NCBI GenBank assembly: GCA_964248365.1
Contig: CAXTYC010000006.1
Span: 64,001-128,000 of the forward strand
Length of the DNA: 64,000 nt
Reading direction: 5' to 3'
Source of the DNA: an uncultured Chroococcidiopsis sp.
Lineage (GTDB): Bacteria > Cyanobacteriota > Cyanobacteriia > Cyanobacteriales > Chroococcidiopsidaceae
Position 1 is the first letter of the stretch. Every line of letters starts with the position of its first letter. Positions 30,825 through 42,265 of the stretch are shown here, piece by piece. The position numbers and the translations under genes are program-made. The notes under the pieces are model-generated. The model was not told where the DNA came from. It searched no databases and saw nothing but the letters and a program-made list of their open reading frames with translations.

Positions 30825-33137
30825 ATGACTGACTCTACCAAAACCCTCTGTCCTTACTGTGGTGTTGGCTGTGGCTTAGAAGTTTCACCTCCCGCCGCAC
30901 TGGGTAAAGCAACCAATCGAGACAGTCAAGGTACTCCGATCTGGAAAGTGAAGGGAGACAAAACCCATCCATCCAGTCAGGGTATGGTATGTGTGAAAGG
31001 TGCGACGGTTTCAGAGTCGTTAGCCAAAAGCAGACTGCGTTACCCAATGGTGCGAGACTCGTTGGATCAGTCATTTCGCCGCGTTAGTTGGGATGAAGCA
31101 TTAGAAAGAGTCGCCAATCGGATTCAAGCTGTTCGCACAAGCCAGGGAGCGGATGCCATCTGTATGTATGGCTCTGGTCAGTTTCAGACAGAAGATTACT
31201 ACACAGCACAGAAACTGATGAAAGGGTGTATAGGCACAAATAATTTCGATGCCAACTCTCGCTTGTGTATGTCTTCTGCTGTAGCTGGCTACATCCAAAG
31301 CTTTGGTTCTGATGGTCCACCCTGCTGCTATGAAGACTTAGATCTAACTGATTGTGCCTTTCTAATTGGTACTAATACAGCCGAATGTCATCCAATCGTA
31401 TTTAACCGACTGCACAAGCACTGCAAGCAAGACCGCAACGCCAAAATGATTGTGGTTGATCCCCGACGGACACCGACCGCAGAAGCAGCCGATCTGCACC
31501 TAGCCATTCGTCCTGGTACAGATATTGACTTGCTCAACGGCATTGCACACTTGCTGATGCGTTGGGGCTACCTTGATACCGTATTCATCGAAGATTGCAC
31601 CGCTAACTTTTCTGCCTTTGCAGAAGTAATTGGACACTATACCCCAGAAGTAGTTGCCCGCAAGTGCAACATTCGGATCGACCATCTGGAAACAGCCGCC
31701 CGATACTGGGGAGAATCGAAGCGAGTGCTGTCTTTATGGTCGATGGGGGTGAATCAGTCATCCGAAGGCACGGCGAAAGTGCGAAGTATTATCAACTTGC
31801 ACTTAATGACCGGACAGATTGGTAAACCTGGGGCGGGTCCTTTTTCGCTTACGGGACAGCCGAACGCTATGGGAGGACGGGAAGCGGGAGGATTGGCGCA
31901 TCTACTTCCTGGCTATCGCAGTGTTAAGAACCCTCAACACCGAGCTGAAGTTGAGCAGTTTTGGAATTTACCGCCTGGGAAAATTTCGCCTCATGTGGGT
32001 AGGACTGCTTGGGATATGATTACTGGGTTAGAGACAGGGGAAGTGGGAGTACTGTGGATTGCTGCTACTAATCCAGCTGTGAGTATGCCAGATTTGGAGC
32101 GGACGAAGGCAGCACTATTGCGATCGCCCTTCACTGTCTATCAAGATGCATACTATCCGACTGAAACAGCCGTCTATGCTCATGTGCTTTTACCAGCAGC
32201 ACAGTGGAGCGAGAAAACAGGTGTAATGACTAATTCTGAACGTCGGATCACCCTCTGTCCGGCTTTCCGCGATCCCCCAGGTGAAGCAAAGGCAGATTGG
32301 GAAATTTTTGCCGATGTGGGTAGAAGGTTAGGTTTTGAGTCACAGTTTCAGTTTGCCTCCTCTGCCGACGTTTATAGTGAATTCGTCGGGTTGACACGCG
32401 ATCGCCTTTGCGATCAAACTGGAATCAGTCACGAGCGGCTACGTACACAAGGTCCTACCCAATGGCCCTGTTCTGATGGCTTATCGAATAATGAGTCTAA
32501 GTCATTCGGAGACGAGATTGAAGGCATGGGAGTATTAGGCGTTGGGGAAACCCACCAAACCCAATCCCAAAAAGCAAAACCCAAAACTCAAGACTCCTCA
32601 TCTAAAAGACTTTACACCGATTTACGCTTCCATACACCCGATGGTCGCGCCCGTTTTGGTGCTTATCACTCAAAGGGATTGGCAGAACCCGCTGATCCGA
32701 AATATCCTTTTGTGCTAACTACGGGCAGATTATACGGACACTGGCACACTCAAACTCGCACTGGACGCATTGAGAAAATTGGGCAGATGCATCCCGATCC
32801 ATTTATTGAGATTCATCCCCGTGATGCGGCGAATTTAGGGATTGAAAATAACGAGTGGTTGGAAGTGCGATCGCGGCGAGGAAAAGCCAAGTTTCCAGCT
32901 AAAATTACAACAGCAATTAGTCCTGGTACAGTCTTTGTCCCTATGCACTGGGGTGCTTTATGGGCAGATCAGGCAGAAGCCAACGCCCTCACCCATCCTG
33001 AAGCTTGTCCAGATTCACTTCAACCAGAATTAAAAGCTTGTGCAGTTCAACTGATGCCACTTTCTGCCGAACCTGATCTTTTCTCTTCTGAGGAATTGGA
33101 TAAAATTAATTCCTTCTCCTCACCAGTTTCTGTTTAG
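30825..33137 (+). CDS. narB: Ferredoxin-nitrate reductase
   Basis: CPYCGVGC...CVKG Fe-S motif; [26 protein letters not shown]. Confidence 0.96.
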   Translation: MTDSTKTLCPYCGVGCGLEVSPPAALGKATNRDSQGTPIWKVKGDKTHPSSQGMVCVKGATVSESLAKSRLRYPMVRDSLDQSFRRVSWDEALERVANRIQAVRTSQGADAICMYGSGQFQTEDYYTAQKLMKGCIGTNNFDANSRLCMSSAVAGYIQSFGSDGPPCCYEDLDLTDCAFLIGTNTAECHPIVFNRLHKHCKQDRNAKMIVVDPRRTPTAEAADLHLAIRPGTDIDLLNGIAHLLMRWGYLDTVFIEDCTANFSAFAEVIGHYTPEVVARKCNIRIDHLETAARYWGESKRVLSLWSMGVNQSSEGTAKVRSIINLHLMTGQIGKPGAGPFSLTGQPNAMGGREAGGLAHLLPGYRSVKNPQHRAEVEQFWNLPPGKISPHVGRTAWDMITGLETGEVGVLWIAATNPAVSMPDLERTKAALLRSPFTVYQDAYYPTETAVYAHVLLPAAQWSEKTGVMTNSERRITLCPAFRDPPGEAKADWEIFADVGRRLGFESQFQFASSADVYSEFVGLTRDRLCDQTGISHERLRTQGPTQWPCSDGLSNNESKSFGDEIEGMGVLGVGETHQTQSQKAKPKTQDSSSKRLYTDLRFHTPDGRARFGAYHSKGLAEPADPKYPFVLTTGRLYGHWHTQTRTGRIEKIGQMHPDPFIEIHPRDAANLGIENNEWLEVRSRRGKAKFPAKITTAISPGTVFVPMHWGALWADQAEANALTHPEACPDSLQPELKACAVQLMPLSAEPDLFSSEELDKINSFSSPVSV

Positions 33138-33236
33138 ATTTCACAGCCAAATTATAATTTAAGGTGGGCATGGGTGGCTACAATATATTGCCTGGTTTAA
33201 TATCATAAACAAGATATTTTGTCAAGATAGCCCCTA

Positions 33237-34337
33237 CTAATCGTTAATTGGCTTGATTAAAAAGTCTAAGAAATTAGCTCCGAGTAGCGATCGCCCATAC
33301 ATTTGACGATTAACTTCCTCGGCTGCTGCTATACCAGAATGCATGGCACTTTCGATTCTCTTACCCCCACACCAATCACCGCAACAAACAAGGGGTAAAT
33401 CAGTTTGTGCCGCTAAATAAGCACTCTTTAAAGGACGACTAGGAAAAGCATAACGCCAGCGGTGAATTTGCATCCATTCGGGATCATTTAACCAGGGTAG
33501 CAAATACTCAGATGCACGGGTTAGCATCTGGTGTCCAATGGGCTGGAGATCTGGTTCCTCTAAGTGCTGACGGGCAAAATTAGCACTACTGTGTAGCACA
33601 AACACTAACGATTGCCCCGTTTCCATACGCTTACTACTATCTAAGCCAATCCAGCCCAGTATGGAGTCATCGACAAAAGTAATAGCTTTCCAAAAGGGTG
33701 GTTGATGCAACTGTGCCGAGTATCCAGCAATTACACTCAAGCAAGGGTCAAATTCTACACAACGCAGCTGCTCAAGAAAATCTGCTGGTATATTAACCAA
33801 GCTTTGCAAGAGTGTGAAAGCTTGAGGTGCAGGAATAGCGACAACCACCGCCTTTGCAATTAATTCTGATGGTTGGGTGAGTGTGGAGTGGTTGTTAGTC
33901 TCTAGGGTGAGATGCCAATGTAGGGGGAAGCCCTGACTTGCTTGTTGCAAAGTAATAGCCTCTACTCGCTGGGATCGCTCTATTTCTAAACCAGCAGCGA
34001 GAAATTTGGCGATCGCACTCATACCATTTGGGGCAACATAACCAGGAGAGAGAGTAACAGATTTTAGCTGTTTTTGAGAGTATTCGTGTGTATCTGTCCA
34101 AACTTGTACAATACCACGATCGTATAATAGCTGCACCAAACGGGCCGGCAACTCCCCTTTTGGTTCTAAATAACACGCCCCATGATCGGCACAAGTATCA
34201 TGCAATCGGCGCGTAGCGACTCGCCCCCCTAATCCCCGCGACTTCTCTACCACTACCACCTTATATCCAGAGCAATGCAATTGCTGGGCGCAAACTAAGC
34301 CTGCCATACCAGCACCAATCACAGCAACATCAAACAT
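33237..34337 (-). CDS. Renalase-like FAD/NAD(P)-dependent oxidoreductase
   Basis: GAGMAG, EKSRGLGGRVATRR, DHGA, HRWRYA, GDW..G..IESA..SG motifs. Confidence 0.88.
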   Translation of the reverse strand: MFDVAVIGAGMAGLVCAQQLHCSGYKVVVVEKSRGLGGRVATRRLHDTCADHGACYLEPKGELPARLVQLLYDRGIVQVWTDTHEYSQKQLKSVTLSPGYVAPNGMSAIAKFLAAGLEIERSQRVEAITLQQASQGFPLHWHLTLETNNHSTLTQPSELIAKAVVVAIPAPQAFTLLQSLVNIPADFLEQLRCVEFDPCLSVIAGYSAQLHQPPFWKAITFVDDSILGWIGLDSSKRMETGQSLVFVLHSSANFARQHLEEPDLQPIGHQMLTRASEYLLPWLNDPEWMQIHRWRYAFPSRPLKSAYLAAQTDLPLVCCGDWCGGKRIESAMHSGIAAAEEVNRQMYGRSLLGANFLDFLIKPIND

Positions 34338-34565
34338 AAAAGTAATTAGCTTTTAGCTTAGAAAAGCAGCGGAGGTCATTAGTCTAACTCTGCCTGATCG
34401 CCTTCGCTAGAGCGTTATTGGCTATAATCTTCATGACACTCGTACAATTATATAAAAGAGTGCGCTAACGCCCATTTTGCTAATAGCTAACCGCTAACAC
34501 CTTTGCAAAGAGTAGAATAAAATCAAATGAGCACAACTATAGCTCGACTTTGGGAGGGTGGGACA

Positions 34566-35405
34566 TTGGATGAGCTGAGAGCGGCACTGGAATTAGCTAC
34601 GGAAGAAGAATTGGAACAGCTAACACAAATCTTATTCCGCCGTAAGTTTAATCCCATAGATTATGTTCACACTCCCGAACCGATAGACATTCAAAGCCGA
34701 GATCCGCAAGCTTGGCTAGATGCAATCGAGCAGCGATTTCGCTATTTAGCAGCAGACGGCGTGACTGTATTGCGGGGTTGCACAGAACAAGTAACCTATC
34801 GGCAAGTTTTGATCAAAGTTTGTCGTTATCTGAAGATTCCTTATTCTAATGCACTTGCGACGACTGATTTAGAAGCAGAGGTATTTCTAAATCTGATGGG
34901 AAGGACATGGAAACGGCTACCTGCATCAGAAAAGCAAAAGTTAACAGTGCGAGTGCAGCAAAGTCTTGCACCTTCAGAACTGGCTCAACTACCACTAGCA
35001 CTCCAGCGTGATCCTCTAGCAATACTTGTTAAAGGTGGCAGCGCGATCGCACTAAGTTCCATTATCCAGCCAATGTTGCTAAAACAACTGGCACAGCAGT
35101 TTGCATTGCATTTTGCCAGCTATCAAGTTGCCAAAGAAGCAGTGATCTCTGGTGGTGCAGCAGCAGCAACACAGTTTCAAAGTTATGTTGCTCTCCAGTC
35201 GGCAAGTAGAGGTATGGCTGTCTCAGCCGCTCGTTATGGCGCAGCTCAGGGAGCATTTGCCCTTCTAGGTCCCTTATTATGGACTTGGTTTTTAGCTGAT
35301 TTGGGTTGGCGGGCAATTTCAACTAACTATGGTCGCATCATTCCTGCCGTCTTTGCTTTAGCTCAAATTCGTCTCACCCGTGCTGAATATTGGGAAATAG
35401 CCTAA
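34566..35405 (+). CDS. YaaW-family conserved protein
   Basis: DELRAALELATEEEL...YRQVLIKVCRYLKI...NYGRIIP; TTG start after GGAGGG. Confidence 0.7.
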   Translation: MDELRAALELATEEELEQLTQILFRRKFNPIDYVHTPEPIDIQSRDPQAWLDAIEQRFRYLAADGVTVLRGCTEQVTYRQVLIKVCRYLKIPYSNALATTDLEAEVFLNLMGRTWKRLPASEKQKLTVRVQQSLAPSELAQLPLALQRDPLAILVKGGSAIALSSIIQPMLLKQLAQQFALHFASYQVAKEAVISGGAAAATQFQSYVALQSASRGMAVSAARYGAAQGAFALLGPLLWTWFLADLGWRAISTNYGRIIPAVFALAQIRLTRAEYWEIA

Positions 35406-35488
35406 TAAATTATGAATTATGAATGCAGCAATGATGAATGTTAAAGTTTTAATTCATAATTCATCATCTATAATTCATCATTTCTAAT

Positions 35489-36841
35489 TTGTTGCATCCT
35501 AACAAAAGTTTACAAAAACCTTGGCAGTACGCCCAAATAGGGCTGCTGCTATTTCCATTGCTGCCATCAATTGGAATATTGGGTTTATTGGTGGCGATCG
35601 CCTTGACTTGGCGACACCACTACGATCTAATTATAAACCGTCGATTAAATTGGGTATTAGCTATCTTAGCAGGTTGGTTAATACTCACCAGCTGCTTTGC
35701 CTTTCGCCCAGTTGATGCTTTTTTGGGCTTATTTAATTTATTACCCTTCTTCGGCGTTTTTGCAGCATACAGCGCCCTGATTCAAACTCCTGCCCAATTA
35801 CGACGGCTAGCGCAAATTTTGGTTTTTACTTCCGTACCAGTAGTAATTATTGGTTTGGGGCAAATGTTTTGGGGTTGGGCAACATGGGCGGCATGGAAAG
35901 ATGTTTTAGTTGGGTTAGGATGTGCGATCGCACCTGGAGGTAATCCCCTCGGTCGAATGTCTTCTGTCTTTGCCTACACCAACCTTCTAGCTGGCTATCT
36001 AGTAATTGTTTTTATCTTGTCCCTAGGATTATGGATTGAAACCTTTCAGAAGTCCCACGTCAGGAGGCTCAATTCACAATTGAGGAGTCAGAATTATTCC
36101 TACACCCTCTTCTTAACCATTGCAGTTATTGGCAATTTCGTGGCACTGATCTTGACTAATTCCCGAAATGCTTGGGGGATCGCAATAGCCGCCGGAATTG
36201 CCTTTGCTGTTTACCAACGTTGGCATTGGCTGGTAGCTGGGGTAAGTGCGATCGCAACGAGTGTTATATTAGCTGCTTTTGCTCCTGCACCCGTCGCGCG
36301 ATCGTTACGTCTGGTAATTCCGGCTTATTTTTGGCAAAGATTAACAGACCAACTCTATCCTAACCGCCCCCATGTTTCGCTCAGAACAACTCAGTGGCAG
36401 TTTGCTTGGGGATTGACACAACAGCGTCCTTGGACTGGTTGGGGATTGCGGAATTTCCAGCCCCTCTATGAAATTCAGATGCACGCTTGGTTTGGTCATC
36501 CTCACAATCTTTTTCTCATGCTAGCTGCTGAAATCGGTATTCCAGCTACTTTAGTCTTTTGTGGTTGCCTCCTCTGGATTTTTTACCAAGGGATAAAATT
36601 GTTATTTAATTGGTCAAGCTATAGCACAAAAACTGTTAAAAGTAAACAGTATGCGGGGGAAAGGCTGATATTTTTCAGTTATCTAGTTGCCTTTTTTGCT
36701 TGTATTCTATTTAACACAGTAGATGTGACAATATTTGACCTGCGGCTGAATACACTGGTGTGGATAGTATTTTCGGCAATTGCTGGAGTGGTATATCACA
36801 AAAACGATGCGGATGATAGTAAGTGGCAACAATCTGGCTAA
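35489..36841 (+). CDS. O-antigen ligase (Wzy_C) family membrane protein
   Basis: LILTNSRNAW, PWTGWG and HPHNLFL..AAEIG motifs. Confidence 0.87.
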   Translation: MLHPNKSLQKPWQYAQIGLLLFPLLPSIGILGLLVAIALTWRHHYDLIINRRLNWVLAILAGWLILTSCFAFRPVDAFLGLFNLLPFFGVFAAYSALIQTPAQLRRLAQILVFTSVPVVIIGLGQMFWGWATWAAWKDVLVGLGCAIAPGGNPLGRMSSVFAYTNLLAGYLVIVFILSLGLWIETFQKSHVRRLNSQLRSQNYSYTLFLTIAVIGNFVALILTNSRNAWGIAIAAGIAFAVYQRWHWLVAGVSAIATSVILAAFAPAPVARSLRLVIPAYFWQRLTDQLYPNRPHVSLRTTQWQFAWGLTQQRPWTGWGLRNFQPLYEIQMHAWFGHPHNLFLMLAAEIGIPATLVFCGCLLWIFYQGIKLLFNWSSYSTKTVKSKQYAGERLIFFSYLVAFFACILFNTVDVTIFDLRLNTLVWIVFSAIAGVVYHKNDADDSKWQQSG

Positions 36842-36931
36842 ATTCTAGCTATGCTTTCTTGTTATGAATCTGGATGGCAAACTTGTGGCGGGTAAATCTA
36901 AAGAAATAGTAAAGATTGTTGAGAATAAATT

Positions 36932-36974
36932 GTAGCGGAACATACAATATTTCCCTTGGCGATCGCTCTAATAT
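36932..36974 (+). promoter_or_regulatory. NtcA promoter of urtA
   Basis: tGTA-gcggaaca-TACa at 36932-36945; TAATAT 23 nt downstream. Confidence 0.8.
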
Positions 36975-37044
36975 CACAATTTACACATCTATATACTCAG
37001 CCTAAGAGCATAGATCAAAAAGGAATACAAGAATACCTCTACAT

Positions 37045-38373
37045 ATGGCAAAACGATTTAACAGACGTAAATTTTTGGTGTATGGTTCTGCGACATTTGG
37101 AACCAGCATTTTATTAAAGGCTTGTGCTAACTCTCCAACTACACAGTCAAGCCCAAATGCAGTTTCATCCCCAGTAGCAAGTGGGGGAAGCACAAGTGCA
37201 AGTGGTGGAGACACAATCAAAGTAGGAATATTGCACTCGCTTTCCGGCACAATGGCAATTAGCGAAAAAAGTGTTGTAGACGCTGAACAACTGGCAATTG
37301 AGGAAATCAACAACGCTGGCGGCGTATTAGGGAAAAAGATTCAAGCCGTTGTTGAAGATGGTGCGTCTAACTGGGACACTTTTAGGGAAAAAGCCAATAA
37401 GCTAATTGACGAGGATAAAGTAGTTACCGTTTTTGGCTGTTGGACATCTGCCAGCCGGAAAAATGTGCTACCAGTGTTTGAGACTAAACAGCATATGCTG
37501 TGGTATCCAGTGCAGTACGAAGGGCAAGAATGTTCTAGAAATATTTTCTACACAGGTGCGGCTCCCAATCAACAAATCGAGCCAGCTGTTGACTGGCTAT
37601 TGCAAAATAAGGGGAAAGAGTTCTTCTTAGTTGGTTCGGACTACGTTTTTCCTCGCACCGCAAATACGATTATCAAAGCCCAACTAGCAGCCAAAGGCGG
37701 GAAGAGTGTGGGTGAAGATTACTTACCTCTTGGCAATACAGAAGTTACGCCCATTATTACCAAAATTAGGCAAACGCTTCCGAATGGTGGTGTAATATTT
37801 AATACTCTTAATGGTGATAGCAACGTTGCCTTTTTCAAACAGTTGCAAGGGGCTGGGTTGAATCCTGATAAGTATCCCTCGATGTCGGTTAGTATTGCCG
37901 AAGAGGAAGTCAAGGCGATCGGTGCAGATTATCTCAAAGGTCACTATGCTGCCTGGAACTATTTTCAAACAGTCGATACCCCAGCAAACAAAAAATTCGT
38001 TCAAGCATTTAAGCAGAAATACGGTCAAGAGCGGGTAACTAATGACCCGATGGAAGCTGCTTATATTATGGTTTATCTGTGGAAACAGGCAGTCGAAAAA
38101 GCTGGGAGTGCTGATGACTTAGAAAAGGTGCGAACTGCTGCTTTAGGACAAACCTATGATGCCCCAGAGGGTAAAGTGACATTGGAAAATAACCATCACT
38201 TAGCCAAGGTTGTGCGGATTGGTGAAGTGAGAGACGATGGTTTATTCAACATTGTTTACTCAACTGACAAGGCAGTTGCACCAGTTCCCTGGAATCAGTT
38301 CGTCAAAGAAACTAAGGGCTTTGGTTGTGATTGGTCTGATCCCAACAAGGGTGGAAAATACAAGATGGCTTAA
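37045..38373 (+). CDS. urtA: Urea ABC transporter substrate-binding lipoprotein
   Basis: RRKFL twin-Arg motif, LKAC lipobox, GILHSLSGTMAISE, GCWTSASRK. Confidence 0.96.
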   Translation: MAKRFNRRKFLVYGSATFGTSILLKACANSPTTQSSPNAVSSPVASGGSTSASGGDTIKVGILHSLSGTMAISEKSVVDAEQLAIEEINNAGGVLGKKIQAVVEDGASNWDTFREKANKLIDEDKVVTVFGCWTSASRKNVLPVFETKQHMLWYPVQYEGQECSRNIFYTGAAPNQQIEPAVDWLLQNKGKEFFLVGSDYVFPRTANTIIKAQLAAKGGKSVGEDYLPLGNTEVTPIITKIRQTLPNGGVIFNTLNGDSNVAFFKQLQGAGLNPDKYPSMSVSIAEEEVKAIGADYLKGHYAAWNYFQTVDTPANKKFVQAFKQKYGQERVTNDPMEAAYIMVYLWKQAVEKAGSADDLEKVRTAALGQTYDAPEGKVTLENNHHLAKVVRIGEVRDDGLFNIVYSTDKAVAPVPWNQFVKETKGFGCDWSDPNKGGKYKMA

Positions 38374-38466
38374 TGGCAAGCTCGCAAAGGCAGTAAATTT
38401 AAGATCTGTAGCATACCTTGTAAATTCAGTTGGGGCAAGACAATAACTAGAAACAAGCAGGAAGTA

Positions 38467-39564
38467 ATGTTTGTAATTGCTATGTGGCTGTTGAGCCGAC
38501 TAGTAATTGTTGTAGTGATGCAGCTGATTGCTCCCTTATTGCCGGCAACTGTGATGCTGCGTCACGATAATATCGGCTCAGTTGCCACGATGGGCTGGCA
38601 AAGCTTCGCCCATTGGGACGGTAAATGGTATCGCACAATCGTTACTTCTGGCTATGAATTTGCTTTGGATGGCAAGCAACATAATGTTGCTTTCTTTCCC
38701 TTATTTCCCTTAGTCACCCGTGCAGTTATGACCTTGTTCCTGCCGTTTGAAGTAGCAGGCACACTGGTGAACAACCTAGCTTTCCTGGGTGCAATGTTCT
38801 TGGTGTACTTTTGGGTGAAGGAGCGTCATGGTATCGTTGCTGCTAAGTGGACAACTGCCGTCCTGGCTTGGTGTCCATTCTCCATCTTCAGCACTATTAC
38901 CTACACTGAGGGGCTGTTTCTATTGTTAAGTACAGCGTCTTTACGAGCATTTGACAAAGGTCAGCATATTTGGGCAGCTGTGTGGGGCGCGATGGCGACA
39001 GCAACGCGGGTGAACGGCGTGGTACTGATTCCTACTTTTCTGATTGAGGCGTGGAGAAAACGCAGAGGAGCGATCGCCTACGTTGCAGCTATAGCAACAA
39101 GTACAGGATTGCTGCTGTTCAGTTTGTATTGCGCTATGCGGTTTGGCGATCCCTTAGCATTCCTCCATGCTCAGCGGGGCTGGCAACCACAAACTGGATT
39201 CAATTTGCAGGTTTGGTGGGATCTATTTACCCGCGATTTGATTTTACGCCGAGGTTTGAGTACCGCTATCATCGCTTTGACGAAAGTTGTCACCGTCTTT
39301 GGTGGCGGTTATTTGTTGTGGCGTTTACGCTTCCGGCTGAGTCCGATTGTTGTAACCTACGGTTTTTGCTCCATAGCGCTCATTTTCTGTTCGGGAGCAA
39401 TTATGTCTGTTGAACGCTTCATTTATGGCACAGTTTCGATCTTGATCGCTCTGGGTATATTACTGGAGCGCCATCAGCGTAGCGGCGCTGTTGTGTTGGG
39501 TTTATTTGCTCTGTTACTTATATACTTCTCGATGCGGTTTGCTTGGGGACTTTGGGTGGCGTAA
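38467..39564 (+). CDS. PIG-V-like (GT-C) mannosyltransferase
   Basis: HWDGKWY, AFFPLFP, YTEGLFL, ATRVNG, FLHAQRGW motifs; multi-TM. Confidence 0.82.
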   Translation: MFVIAMWLLSRLVIVVVMQLIAPLLPATVMLRHDNIGSVATMGWQSFAHWDGKWYRTIVTSGYEFALDGKQHNVAFFPLFPLVTRAVMTLFLPFEVAGTLVNNLAFLGAMFLVYFWVKERHGIVAAKWTTAVLAWCPFSIFSTITYTEGLFLLLSTASLRAFDKGQHIWAAVWGAMATATRVNGVVLIPTFLIEAWRKRRGAIAYVAAIATSTGLLLFSLYCAMRFGDPLAFLHAQRGWQPQTGFNLQVWWDLFTRDLILRRGLSTAIIALTKVVTVFGGGYLLWRLRFRLSPIVVTYGFCSIALIFCSGAIMSVERFIYGTVSILIALGILLERHQRSGAVVLGLFALLLIYFSMRFAWGLWVA

Positions 39565-39623
39565 GGCTAAGGTCAGTATTGCAGTTTAATCGGGAGAGCG
39601 TCTGTCAAGTTGAGAGGAAGGAC

Positions 39624-40784
39624 GTGCTAGCAGGATTATTTGATGGCTTATTTAACGGAATTAGTATCGGTGCTGTTTTATTAATTGCCGCTCTGGGGCT
39701 GGCGATCGTTTTTGGTTTGATGGGTGTAATTAACTTAGCTCACGGCGAGTTAATGATGCTGGGAGCCTATACAACTTTCGTTGTCCAAAATGGCTTCAAA
39801 AAGTTAGGCGGTTTTTGGTTTGAGATTTATATCTTTATTGCCCTCATCCTGGCTTTTTTAGTAGCTGCTGGGGTGGGATTAATTTTGGAGAGAGGAGTAA
39901 TTCGCTATCTTTATGGGCGACCCCTAGAGACACTGCTAGCAACTTGGGGTGTAAGTTTGATTTTGCAGCAGTTTGTCCGTAGCGTGAACTGGGTGCTGAT
40001 GATTTATCTGGTGCTATTTTGTCTATTGTTTTTCGGTAGTTTGTGGATTTTAAGTCGTCGCTCGGATTTTTTCAGGATCAGGAATTGGGCTGTTGCGGTG
40101 ATGTTGCCTTTATCTTTGGGCGTGGCGATCGCAACGGGTAATTTCTTGAGCCAAACTTATAAGCTGGCTGTGACTCAACCTTGGTTTGGCGCTCAAAACG
40201 TCGATGTTTCAGCACCTAAATGGCTACGGGGTGGGTTGCCGATTGGTAATTTCCAAATGCCTTATGCACGGTTATTTATCATTGCTCTAACCATTGTCTG
40301 TGTAATCGGAATTTACCTATTCCTGCAACGCACTGCTTGGGGATTGCGGATTCGTGCAGTAACGCAAAATCGCAGCATGAGTGCTTGTTTAGGTATCCCA
40401 ACTGGAAAAGTTGATGCCCTCACGTTTGCTCTGGGTTCAGGATTGGCGGGAGTGGCTGGGTGTGCAATTAGTTTTTTAGGTTCTGTAGGACCAAATACAG
40501 GTCAAAACTACATTGTTGATACTTTCATGGTTGTAGTGGTTGGCGGTGTGGGTAAGCTATTTGGCACAATTGTTGCCGCTTTAGCGATCGGTACAGTGAG
40601 CTATCTGATCGGTTCTGGCACACTAGCACTGCTACTTGCTCCCATCCAACCTTTGGCTGATTTCTTTACATTCTTTGCTACGACCAGTATGGCGAAGGTG
40701 ATGGTGTTTGCGTTGATTATTGCCTTTTTGCAGGTGCGACCAGGTGGGATTTTCCCGCAAAAAGGACGCACGGTGGATGCGTAA
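39624..40784 (+). CDS. urtB: Urea ABC permease UrtB
   Basis: GLMGVINLAHGE, RPLETLLATWG; GTG start after GAGAGG. Confidence 0.94.
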   Translation: MLAGLFDGLFNGISIGAVLLIAALGLAIVFGLMGVINLAHGELMMLGAYTTFVVQNGFKKLGGFWFEIYIFIALILAFLVAAGVGLILERGVIRYLYGRPLETLLATWGVSLILQQFVRSVNWVLMIYLVLFCLLFFGSLWILSRRSDFFRIRNWAVAVMLPLSLGVAIATGNFLSQTYKLAVTQPWFGAQNVDVSAPKWLRGGLPIGNFQMPYARLFIIALTIVCVIGIYLFLQRTAWGLRIRAVTQNRSMSACLGIPTGKVDALTFALGSGLAGVAGCAISFLGSVGPNTGQNYIVDTFMVVVVGGVGKLFGTIVAALAIGTVSYLIGSGTLALLLAPIQPLADFFTFFATTSMAKVMVFALIIAFLQVRPGGIFPQKGRTVDA

Positions 40785-40822
40785 GCTCGTGGAAGCTCGT
40801 GGAAGCTCGTGGAAGCTCGTGG
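40783..40822. repeat. Tandem 10-mer AAGCTCGTGG x4
   Basis: Directly visible after the urtB stop. Confidence 0.9.
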
Positions 40823-40952
40823 CTAGAGAGGAGGGGGAAAAGGAAAAGGAAAAGGGAACGGGAAAGGGACTCGGGAAAAGGTAATTTCCCCCCCTGCTCT
40901 CTTCTCTCCCCCTCTCCTGTCTACTGACTAATTTTGAAAGGGGAGATTACGT

Positions 40953-42113
40953 ATGGTGGTGGATGCAAGCTTGGGACTTCGGGGTTTAGAGCGACAGAAG
41001 CGGCGATCGCTACTATTAGAAGTCTTAGTAGTAGCGGCGATCGCTCTTGTTTTGATCTTTGTGATGCCAGCAGTTCTTTCGAGTTTCCGCCTCAACTTAC
41101 TGGGGCGATTTTTAGCTTTGGCAATTGTTGCTCTAGGAATAGATTTGATCTGGGGCTACACTGGCTTGCTGAGTTTGGGACACGGAATTTTCTTCGGCTT
41201 GGGTGGATATGCGATGGGTATGCACCTAAAACTACAAGTCCCCCCCAACGAATTACCCGATTTCATGGGACTCTATGGTGTAACCAATCTACCCTGGTTT
41301 TGGCAGCCTTTTTATTCCTTTCCTTTTGCCACAGTAGCCGTTGTAATTATACCATCTTTGTTAGCGGCAATACTTGGTTATTTAGTATTTCGTAATCGCA
41401 TCCGAGGCGTTTATTTTTCCATCCTTACCCAAGCTGCAACAATTGTCTTTTTTAACTTCTTTAACGGTCAGCAAAAACTGTTCAACGGTACGAATGGACT
41501 TATAGATTTTAAAACTATATTAGGTGCAACTGTAAGCGCCCAACAGACACAGTTTGTTTTTTACACTGTGACTGTAATTTTACTTGCAGCTACTTATGTT
41601 CTTTGCCGCTGGCTGACAAGTGGACGCTTTGGGCGGCTGCTGATGGCGATTAGGGATGATGAAAGCCGAGTACGCTTCTTGGGATATAACCCAACAGAAT
41701 TTAAAGTGCTAGTGTTTGCTGTTTCAGGTGCGATCGCTGGTGTTGCAGGAGCGATGTACACTCTTCAAAGTGGCTCTGTCTCTCCCAGAGCGATGGATGT
41801 TGCCTTTTCGATTGAAATGGTGATTTGGGTAGCAATTGGCGGTAGGGCGACACTGGTAGGGGCGATCGCGGGAGCGCTATTAGTAAACTATGCCAGAACC
41901 TTTTTCAGTGAACAATTCGCCGAAATTTGGCTATTTTTTCAAGGAGCGCTATTTTTGCTAGTTGTGACAGTCCTACCTGATGGCATCATCGGCTGGCTAC
42001 GCAGTAAAGGGCTTCAACAGCTAATACCAGGACGGCGCAAGCAAATATTAACTTACCCTAGTTTATCAGAAGACCCACAGGTAGAGCAAGAACGGGAAAA
42101 CCTTGGCTCTTAG
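40953..42113 (+). CDS. urtC: Urea ABC permease UrtC
   Basis: IWGYTGLLSLGHG, GVYFSILTQA, AIRDDESR motifs. Confidence 0.94.
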   Translation: MVVDASLGLRGLERQKRRSLLLEVLVVAAIALVLIFVMPAVLSSFRLNLLGRFLALAIVALGIDLIWGYTGLLSLGHGIFFGLGGYAMGMHLKLQVPPNELPDFMGLYGVTNLPWFWQPFYSFPFATVAVVIIPSLLAAILGYLVFRNRIRGVYFSILTQAATIVFFNFFNGQQKLFNGTNGLIDFKTILGATVSAQQTQFVFYTVTVILLAATYVLCRWLTSGRFGRLLMAIRDDESRVRFLGYNPTEFKVLVFAVSGAIAGVAGAMYTLQSGSVSPRAMDVAFSIEMVIWVAIGGRATLVGAIAGALLVNYARTFFSEQFAEIWLFFQGALFLLVVTVLPDGIIGWLRSKGLQQLIPGRRKQILTYPSLSEDPQVEQERENLGS

Positions 42114-42265
42114 AGGCTAGAAGAGGGCAAAAGGGAGCAAAAGGGAGCTGGGGGAGCAAAAGGGGGAAAGAATAATTCTGACTTGGAGACTTGGAGACTT
42201 GGAGACTTCTGACGTGAGTTTCCTCACGAATCACTACTCACTACGAATTATTAGGGGGCGATCGT

